Source of the DNA: Eledone cirrhosa
Lineage: Eukaryota
DNA length: 64,000 bases
Direction: 5' to 3'
NCBI GenBank assembly: GCA_964016885.1
Contig: OZ024747.1
Coordinates: 2,480,001 to 2,544,000 of the forward strand
The position numbers and the translations under genes were made by a program. Position 1 is the stretch's first letter. Each line of letters starts with the position of its first letter. Positions 54,867-64,000 of this stretch are shown piece by piece. The notes under the pieces are model-generated. The model saw only the letters and a program-made list of their open reading frames with translations, was not told where the DNA came from and made no database searches.

Positions 54867-54870
<4 letters not shown>
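54736..54870 (+). mobile_element. R4/Dong-like 3' end in (TAA)n
   Basis: Near-identical reverse complement of about 6910-7040. Confidence 0.88.
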
Positions 54871-54908
<38 letters not shown>

Positions 54909-54909
<1 letters not shown>

Positions 54910-57350
54910 CTTTCTTTATTAACCACAAGGGTTGACACAAAGTAGACATTAAGGACAACACAGGACAATACAAATGGGCATTTCTGCATGTAAAAAAAAA
55001 CAAAAACAGAGTGTGACAAAAAGAAACAATGAAAAATTCCCTAACAGGGGGGAGACCTCCGAGGGTTGCTCGTGGAGAAAGCCCACAGTTACCCTGACTG
55101 CTAGGGCAAATGCCCTCTTCCAGTTTACCTCCTACAATGTTACAGGCACACGCTCAGGGTAGACCCATTCACACGGGCCATTCTTGCCTCTCTCACCCAC
55201 CTTTCAACAAACTGGCTGGAGGTCAGCACTTCCCTCTCCACCCTGATTTTCCTCTTCAGGTGAAACCTGAAAAAGTTAATGAGGGCGTCACTTAAGAGGA
55301 AAGTACCGGTCCTCAACCCTTTCAGATGTGTCCACCATACAATCTCTTTTACCATGGCCACCAGGCAGATAAAAAACTGCCTGCCCTTCTCGGCTAAAGG
55401 AAGGCAGCGGAGCAATCTTCGCGATGGACTCAGCTGATAGCCGGATCCGTTCTACACGTGACAGCAGGTGTTCGGCATAAACCCACAAATCAGCAATGCT
55501 CGGACACTGGATGAGTGTGTGCAGGATGGTTTCATCGCCCTGTGTGCATCTCGGACAGGCTCGGTTGCTGGCACTTCCATACCTGTAGAGTTTATCCCGA
55601 ACTGGCAAGGCTCCTCGGTAACACTGCCATGCCAGGGATTTCTGGAAGTTGTCCATGGGCCCCGGCCCGAAAGTTCTCTCGAAGAGATTGGCTAGTTGGT
55701 TTTCGTCGATGCCTAGAGTCTCCCCAAGGACGTCGTTGCTCTTTCCTTCCACTAATCCTCTATAGAAAGCCAAGGTGGAGTTTCCAGCGATTGTATTGCT
55801 CGACTGGTCGAGGGCTGTAAGCACCTGAAGACATTCTAGTCTCCAAGCGCTTCCTCTCGATCTTCGCTTGACCCAGCACTGCAGCTCCACCAAGGAGACA
55901 AGCTGAGGAAACATGTGTCTAGCAAAGGGCGACCACACCTGATCACCGTCGAGGAAGAAGTGGAGATGCCGTAGCCTGAGCGCATGTCTGCGCATCATCA
56001 GCCACGGCATTCCCTCCCTCCAATGGTCAGGCAGTCCTGACCATCGGTGTACGTCCTTTCCACAAAAAGCGAAAGAGAAAATGCTCCAGTGCAGTCAGGC
56101 GAGGCTTAGGACAAGGCACGACATTCAGGCAGAAGTAGATGACGGGCGCGATGTAAGCATTCGCCACTTCTGCTCGACCTTTCAGGGATAGCTTCCTCTC
56201 GGCCCATTTCCGGGTGAGAGAAAACACCTTGCTCATGACCTCCTCCCAGTTTTTGTCCATCTGGAGGTCTGGACCGAACCAGCATGGACCTGCCTCTCCA
56301 GGTTCGAGTTGCAGGCCTACTGATTTTTCCTGGCTGATCATTGCTCCTGTCACTACCTCGTATTCTCTTAGTGTGGTGCCGATTGCCTTGATGTGTTTGG
56401 TGTTCAACACCACTCTGGTGATGTCGTCTGCATAAGCTGACACTGTTCTTCCGCATCCTACTTCACGTGGGATCCCTCTCAATGTCTCCAGTTTGTGCAG
56501 TAATGGCTCAAGAGTCAATACGTACAACAAGGATGAGAGAAGGCATCCCTGGTGGATCGAGTGCATGATGTTGAGCGGTTCCGAAAGGTGACCGTTCACT
56601 CTCACCACAGAGCAGATGTCGCTGTGCATGGCAGCAATCCAGCCTCTGAAGGCAGGTCCAAAGCCAGCTGCTCTTAGGACTGCTGCCAGATAATGATGGT
56701 CGACCCTATTGAAAGCTTTTGACTGATCTAAATTGATCAAAGACCCATCCTTGCCAGGTTCCCTAGCTACCCTCTCTATGATGTATCGCATGAGGTTGAG
56801 GTTGTCATGGATGGATCTGTCTGGAATGGAGCATGTTTGTGCCTCTCCCACCAGACCACCAACGACAAGCGCCAACCTCTTTGCTAGCACCTTAGCCAAA
56901 ATCTTGAAGTCTGTGTTTAGCAGAGTTATGGGCCTCAAATTTTCTATGTTATCCCCCTTACTCGGATCCTTTCTCAGCAGTGCCACCACTCCTCGGCTCA
57001 CAGAGCTGGGAATTCTCCCATTCTGTTGCCAGTTGCAGTAGACGTCTGCCAAGAGGTCTTCGAACAAGTCTGGCATATGTATGTAAAATTCGTAGGGCAG
57101 ACCCAAACCAGGCGATTTACCCATTGTGCAGCTAGTCATTGCCTCCCATACTTCAACAGTTGCTATCGGCCTTTCGCAACACTCCACCTGTGTTGCCGAG
57201 AGCCGCGGCAGTCCATTGAGGTAGGCACTGAAGTCCATTCCGCGATGCGGCTCGCCATTGCCCCCAAACAGCTGAGCTAAGTGCTGCTGAAAAGCCGCAC
57301 ACATCTGCCCGGGATCGAGTATTATGTGCCCGTCGTGGTTTGCCAAAGAC
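54909..57350 (-). mobile_element. 5'-truncated Tx1/L1-clade LINE (RT + CCHC knuckle), frameshifted
   Basis: KSPG, RPITLLNTDFKILAKVLA, LDQSKAFNRVDH, QGCLLS, AYADD, LSLKGRA, CPRC...ETILHTLIQC. The 3' UTR ends in AATAAA + (ATT)n. Split over several ORFs. Confidence 0.93.
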
Positions 57351-57770
57351 ATTGTTTCTACTTTAGGCACAAGGCCAGCAATTATCCCAGTGTATTACTG
57401 GTACTTTATTTTATCGAACCCATAAGGATGAAAGGCAAAGTTAACCTCGGCGGGATTTGAACTAAGACCGTAACTCTATGCGTCAAAGTATAGCATCTGA
57501 CCCTCTACCGATACTGCCAATCCACCACCCTGGATATATATATATAATAATAATTGTTTTTACTTTAGGCACAAAGCCAGCAACGTGATGGGGAGGGGAA
57601 AGTCGATTAAATCAACCTCAGTGTATTACTGGTACTTTATTTTATCGACCTGGTAAGAATAAATGGCAAAGCTGACCTCCGTAGGATTTAAACTCAGAAG
57701 ATAAAGAGCCATAAGTGTATGCTACGAAGCATGATGTCTGACGCTCTACCGTATAATATCTGCAGCCCAA
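57351..57770 (-). mobile_element. Two tandem S1 SINEs
   Basis: Two actggtactttattttatcga cores. Confidence 0.85.
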
Positions 57771-57981
57771 TATTTCGCAGTCATTTTTCCCACACCCCAC
57801 TTTTATTTTCGAAAGAGCATACGTTCCACCCTGATCTGATGAAGTTACTATATACCATAGTATACACACAATGGCTCACTGAATACTCACGTGGCTTTTA
57901 TCCCACCAATCTTTTTTTCCTCATTTCCCCCGTTCCTTCCTCTCATCACTCTTTACTTTCTATTTATCTTCTATTTCTAAC

Positions 57982-58015
57982 TCTTCTGATGAAAGCTAGT
58001 ATCCGAAACGTTAAT
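57982..58015 (+). ncRNA. Decayed hammerhead motif of the 9020/9655 family
   Basis: TCTT-CTGATGA-AAGCTAGTATCC-GAAAC-GTTAA, stem II disrupted. Confidence 0.5.
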
Positions 58016-59412
58016 AAATCTGGGGCCCACGTATTGCTGCCCCATGGCCCCGGCGGACAGAATAATAATAATAATAATGAAATTATTGTGTAAAGTGCTC
58101 AGGTGCACTACAACTCGTCAAAGGTGCATGTAGAGTACATAGAATAATACACAAATGTCAGGGAAGTGAACAGTGTATGAGTCATGATATACATGTGTGT
58201 AATGAAGGCGTTTCCTCGGAGGATGGTGAGGGAGACATGCATGGAAGAGTAGCCATCTCAGCTCGTAAGGTTCACACCTGTGGGTAGCCAGCTTTGTGTT
58301 GATGGTGGTGAACCTCCAATGTTAACTAACCTTAACATTTCTCACACGAGTTATGTCCCTTGCAACCTTTAACGATTTAAAAAAAAATTTGGTTATCAGA
58401 TTCTATTCACAAAAATGGTTTCCTTTTCGTCGTTTTTGTTATTTTTTCTAGTTCACATCTTCATCTTTGTCTTTTGTCGTCAGATTTCTTCTTTCATTCT
58501 TTCTCTATTGTTCTTTTTTTTTTGTTCTGCTTTTTTTCTATTCTTGTCTTCATCTTTGACATTCTCTTCAAATTCTGTCATCCATATTTCTGTAATAATA
58601 ATAGTGCAATTCAGCCAGAAAATTGCAAAAAGAAGACAATATGGCACTCACACTCCACCTCAACATTGGAATGGTGTTCCTTCAGATTTAAACAATGCCG
58701 TTTATAACAAATGTCCTGAAATACATTTCTTGAAGTCTTCACTTGATTAACTTTTCTTCTTAAAACAAGAACAAAGAAGAAAAATATATTTAAAATACAA
58801 CAAAACCCGTTAACCAAAGAAACTAGGAAAACGATTTCCTCAGAGATTTGAATACCCCCCCCCCCCGGAATGTTTTGAAACCTCTTAAAGCACCAAAGCT
58901 TTGAGACAGGTCTGATAAACAGTTGAATTAATAAGGCATTTTATAGTGAATAATCAATCTTTATAGATAGATAAAATATCCAAATCATATTTAAAATATA
59001 GTTATTTCAGTCAACAACAGCCCCTACTCAAGTGGGAACGTATCTCATAAAATATGAACTAAAATACTTTACCATGTGTTGGTATTAACCTTTTGAACTC
59101 CCGTAACATGTGCAGTCGCCAACCATGAGTGTCTGCATAGTCTGCATAAATATCACCGAAAAAAGAATAATATTTGTCAATGATACCTGAGAAAAGGGAT
59201 AATATATGTAAGAATTTGACAAAAATCTCTTAGCAATGTCTTCCTGAAGAACTCAGGCTAAAGCAACAATATAAATCAATAATTGGTCCATACAGTATAG
59301 AGAAGAGTAGTAAACAGAAGTGTATGACAGAACGAGATAGTGGGTAGGTGAGATATAGTCAAATAGAATCAGAGCCTGTGGGTTCACTCTGCTAAGTTGA
59401 AAATAACTTGGG

Positions 59413-59637
59413 TTAACCCTTTCATGGACATATTTCTAATGAAATACATTCTATTTTAATCAATGAGGGATTTACTAAAGTTATTAATCATTTCATTATT
59501 AAGATAGTAACTTAATGTAAGGTTCTTATATAAGAGTACAGTGGAAGGTTTTAATTTAAATTAAAACCTTTAAAATGTGAGGTTTTATTTCATAGAACCA
59601 GAGCTAGTTTTGGCCAGGTTGACAACTAAAGGGTTAA
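59413..59637. mobile_element. piggyBac-type MITE
   Basis: TTAA-CCCTTT ... AAAGGG-TTAA termini, non-coding. Confidence 0.72.
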
Positions 59638-60559
59638 AATGTGGGTCTATGTGTCTGTCTGTGGGTCTGTCTGTCTCTGTGTCTGTCTGTTTGCCTCTCT
59701 GTGTGTCTGTCTATGTGTCTGTGTGTCTGTGAGTCTGTCTGTACATGTGTGTGTCTGTGTGTCCGTCTGTTTGTCTCTGTGTGTGTGTGTGTACTTCTAT
59801 GTGTCTGTGTGTCTGTCTGTGCATGTGTGTGTCTGAGTGTCTGTCTGTCTGACTATCTGTGTGTGTGCATCTATGTGTCTGTTTCTCTGTCGGTGTGTAT
59901 GCCTGTCTGTTTGTATGCATGTCTATCTATTGGTGTTTATGTGTGTGAGTGTATGTCTATCTATGTGTCTGTGTGTCTGTTTATATGTGTGCTTATGCAT
60001 CAGTGTGTGTGTGTATGTCTATCTGTCTATGTGTGTGTGTGCATGTCTGTCTATGTGTGTGTGTGTGTGCCTGTCTGTCTATGTGTGTGTGCCTGTCTGT
60101 CTATGTGTGTGTGCCTGTCTGTCTATGTGTGTGTCTGTAAGTGTGTGTGTGTCAGTATGTCTGTGTGTCTGTATGTGTATCTGTCAGTAGGTCTGTCTAT
60201 ATACAAGGTTCCGTGAAAGAGAATGATGTTCCACAGTAAAGGTTCTCTAAATAAATTATATCAAGAATTTTGTTTTCTAAACAAAATTTTGTTTCATTTA
60301 ATGTCTAATTAAAACTGGATTATTTGTTAAATATAGGTAGGAATTCTATGATTTATGGAAACCCACATAAGGGCAAAGCTGTTCTGCTAGAGAATGGGTC
60401 ACAGGTGGCAAATAAGGATAGAGCCACCAGATATGATGGTTAGTTGCAATATAAGTGGGTTCCTGCTGGATTATTAAGCAGCCCTGGACCATGGTACCCG
60501 ACCTTCCATGGGTACAAGCTGAAGCTTATAGACAATATGCCCCCACACCCTCCCACTGC

Positions 60560-60780
60560 AAAGTGGATGTGTAGGCGCCACGGAAAAAGCACCCAGTACT
60601 CACTGTAAATGAGGTTGGTGTTAGGAAGGGCATCCAGCTGTAGAAACCAAGCCAAAATCAGTTCCTGTATGAGCAAGGCATGGTCAGCCGACCAGACACT
60701 GCCCACAACAGGACAACCCGTCTAACCCATGCTAGCATGGAAGAACGGATGTAAAACGGTGATGATGATGATGATGACCA
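60560..60780 (+). mobile_element. SINE family S3 (Meta-domain-like core, RTE tail); truncated copies at 20965-21080, 21655-21700, 43490-43545, 53670-53720
   Basis: ggtgttaggaagggcatccagctgtagaaacc...acccgtctaacccatgctagcatggaagaacgga + (GAT)n. Confidence 0.8.
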
Positions 60781-61364
60781 ACAGCAGTAAACTACTAGCA
60801 GAGATGGAGCAATGGGTAATAAAATGTAGCTCCCAAAAAATTTGTAATGCAAAATTGTAATACTTTGAATACAAAAGAGCTTGTGTGTAGTTTGTCAAAA
60901 TTTGCTGTTTAAAGTTTGACATTTCTATTTTATTCTAGATCTGTATTTAAAAAAAAATCTTTATTTGAAATTCATACAACACAATTAAATGTTTGATGAA
61001 AAATAAAACAAAAATGTTGGGCACAAAATCAACACCTTTGATTCCTTGATGGACAAGGTATGTCAACTTAGTACTATGGACAATATGGCAACAGAATTGT
61101 CATGTTAAACAACCAACATTACCTGTATCAGAATTTTTTCTTGGTTGTGATGCCCTCATCCTGATTTAATGGCGGTGAACACAATTCAAGGACTGAGGAC
61201 CCCAGGGGTTTCAATGGTAATCAACACCAAATTATATCTTTCTGTTAATACTTACTATTTGTTTCCCAGTGTCTCATTTTATTTTATAAACATTTACAAA
61301 TGTTTCCACAGAACTTTCCACTGTAGCTTCAATCCTCTACCTTTAGCTTCTTATATTTGTGGAG

Positions 61365-61630
61365 GCTTGTGGCCTAGTGGTAAGGGTGTTGGACCTATGA
61401 TCATAATTTCAAGGGTTCAATTCCTGGACTGTTGTGTGTTGCATTCTTGAACAAAACACCTCATTTCACTTTGCTCCAGTATACTCAACTGAAAATGAGT
61501 ATCAGCAATAGCTGGTCATTTAACCCTGTCATGGACTGGTGTCCTATCCAGGGGGAACTCTTGTACTCTCAGTTGATTCATGCCATGGAAACCAGAATAT
61601 GTTCTGGCCTGTAGAGCCTCCATGCTCGAG
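61365..61630 (+). mobile_element. tRNA-derived SINE
   Basis: A box tggcctagtggtaa, B box ggttcaattcc, then ttcttgaacaaaacacctcatttcac. Related to 9178-9290. Confidence 0.75.
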
Positions 61631-62436
61631 AAAAAGATATTTAGCTAATGAGGCATATATAAGGCTGTGTGTTATTGCTACATAATAAGTAGTGTCTTAT
61701 ATTTCTTTGTTTCAAGTGAAGGAGGTTACTCTTAGTCTTCCTATGTTCTTTTTCAGCAAACATTAGGTTTTGTGTCATTTAAATCCCAGTTCAATTCTAA
61801 TTATGAAAGTTGTTCTGTTAAATGTTTTTTAGGACTTTATTGAAACTGTAATCTGAGATTTGAGGATGATTTGGTGTGTGTTTCTAGCTCATTGAGTAAC
61901 TGAATAAAGGCTCCTTCATTAGTCAACAGAGAGGCGATCTACAAAGTGGGTGACAGGCAGATGAAACACAGAAAAGACTTTGTTAGTTTAAGCTCATTAG
62001 TTAATAAGAAACTGAACATAAATAACTATCTTAATTTTGCAGATATTGAACAGTCATAATCTTGTTCCTTGTATTGTTTAATCAGGGAAGGAAGGACAGT
62101 GTCCATGAACCTTTCCAGGACTTCTGAGACTGCTGGGTAAATGGTATCTTAAACCAACAATTTGGCCCAAATGCTTGTCATAGAGTGGGCTCCACCCAAT
62201 GACCAGGTGGTAGTGCTAAAATGGCAATCAATAAAATCTACTAGAAAAGTGAGCCACAGCATGATTTGAACTCAGAATTAAAAGAGGTTGACCAAATAAC
62301 TCAAGGAATCTAGTCTGGTGCTTCAGCAATTTTACCAATCCACTCTGGACTGGTACTTTATTTTATCAACCCTAAAAGGATGAAAGGCAAAGTTGACATT
62401 TGAGTGCAGAAAGTCTTATCAATTTATAATTAATAA

Positions 62437-62667
62437 GCTAGGGTAAATTAACAAAAGTAATTCAATTTCAATTAGAATTTAGCTATATATTTTTAAAAAT
62501 TAATTCTTTTCAAATTCATTTTCAATTCCTTAAATCATCAAATTATTAAGAACAAAATAATTTGGTGATTTAAAGAATTGAAAATGAATTTGAAAAGAAT
62601 TAGTTAAAAAAAAATATATAGCTAAATTCTAATTGAAATTGAATTACTTCTGTTAATTTACCCTAGC
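62437..62667. repeat. AT-rich 230-bp near-perfect palindrome (MITE-like)
   Basis: gctagggtaaattaaca...tgttaatttaccctagc, arms about 110 bp. Confidence 0.88.
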
Positions 62668-63144
62668 AATATAGATAATAGGTTTTCAGGTATACCATAC
62701 AATATGGAAATGACAAATATCAAAGGTATCTCTAATTCCTAGTTATATACTTAAATTCCTGAATTTTAATCTATTCTTTAGAATTATGATTTACTTCCAA
62801 ATAGATGAATATAGAAATATACAATCTTTTGAAGTTCTCTCATATATTGCATGAAGAGGAAAAAAACTGAGAATAAGGCATAACTTCAACATTAAATTAC
62901 AAAGAAACATTGAAAGAATAATGTGTAATAAAATACTTCTATCTCATGAATATCCTGTATTCTTTAAAACTGATGGAACTGAAATCTTTTGACTTCATTT
63001 TGCCACAGAAGTTCACTGTTTATATGGAAATTTACTTAATAATAATAATGTATTAGTTTAGTTGCTAAAACATGCTTTTACTCATGAGACTTGAAATTAT
63101 AGATATTTCAGTGAATATTTAACATTGGTTTGACTATATAAGTG

Positions 63145-63790
63145 TTTCTACTTTTGGCACAAGGCCAGCAATTACCCAGAGTATTACTGGTACTTTATTT
63201 TATCTACCCCATAAGGATGAAAGGCAAAGTTAACCTCGGTGGGATTTGAACTGGAAAGGGCCGTAACTCTATGCGTCAAAGCATGGTGTCTGACCCTCTA
63301 CCGATACTGCCAATCCACCGCCCTCTGGCTATATAATAAAAATAATAATGGTTTCTGATTTAGGCACAAGGCCAGCAATTTGAAGGGAAGGGGAAAATTG
63401 ATTGAATTGACCCCAAATGTGTTACATATAGTTACATCCCTTTATGTTCAAAGTTCAAATCCCACCAAGGTTAGCTTTGCCTTTCATTCTTACAGGGTCA
63501 ATAGAATAAGTACCAGTAATGCACTGGGGTCGATTTAATCGACTTCTCCTCTCCACAAAATTGTTGGCTCAGGACCTAAAATCAGAAACCAGGGCAGTGG
63601 ATTGGCAGTATCGGTAGAGGGTCGGACACCATGCTCTGCGGCATAGAGTTACAGCCCTTTATGATCTGAGTTCAAATCCCGCCGAGGTTAACTTTGCCTT
63701 TCATCTTTACGGGGTCGATAAAATAAAGTACCAGTCACACACTGGGGTCGATTTAATCGACTTTCCCCTCCCCCCAAAAATTGCTGAAAC
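63145..63790. mobile_element. Cluster of four S1 SINEs (two minus, two plus), best copy 63592-63790
   Basis: A box tggcagtatcgg 63603-63614, B box gagttcaaatcc 63668-63679, core gcctttcatc.ttacggggtcgataaaataaagtaccagt. Confidence 0.88.
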
Positions 63791-64000
63791 CATTATTATT
63801 ATAAGAAACCATTATTATTATTATTATTTGTCTCGTTTTTATTATTAAAACATCAATAATCTAAGTTAGTGTTAACATCAAAATTCTACTTAGAAATACA
63901 TATGTGGTGAGGAAAAGACATTAGGTCAATGTTTAATTTTATCTTAATCATTTTAACAAAAGAAAACTCAGGGCATGTTTTGGTATGATTCTTATGGTAA

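Noticed and set aside
56027-57370. 447-aa RT ORF as an intact gene
   Set aside because: The start codon lies in an adjacent SINE, the endonuclease is missing and the ORF is frameshifted.
61365-61430. tRNA genes at A/B box motifs (also near 18670 and 63600)
   Set aside because: No convincing cloverleaf; they continue into SINE bodies.

Overview
AT-rich, microsatellite-saturated animal genomic DNA. It is most consistent with an octopod cephalopod, inferred from the protocadherin type and the SINE complement. It holds one clear gene on the + strand: a protocadherin with a large exon encoding 6 cadherin repeats plus the TM segment (33600-36066) and a probable second cytoplasmic exon about 11 kb downstream (47339-47481) that the ORF track misses. 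The rest is repeats: large minisatellites (47, 49, 71 and 48 bp units), three SINE families, decayed LINEs (RTE, R4/Dong, CRE, Tx1) and MITEs. The most striking unexplained pattern is a dozen or more short elements, mostly inserted in (TA)n tracts. Many are fold-back hairpins and carry minimal type I hammerhead ribozyme cores (CTGAnGA...GAAAC plus a palindromic stem III). One retains the C-terminus of a GIY-YIG endonuclease, which points to Penelope-like retroelements. Several lie in the predicted protocadherin intron. Nearly all other ORFs in the track are microsatellite artefacts. All calls were made by eye, with no searches or folding run, and element boundaries are approximate.
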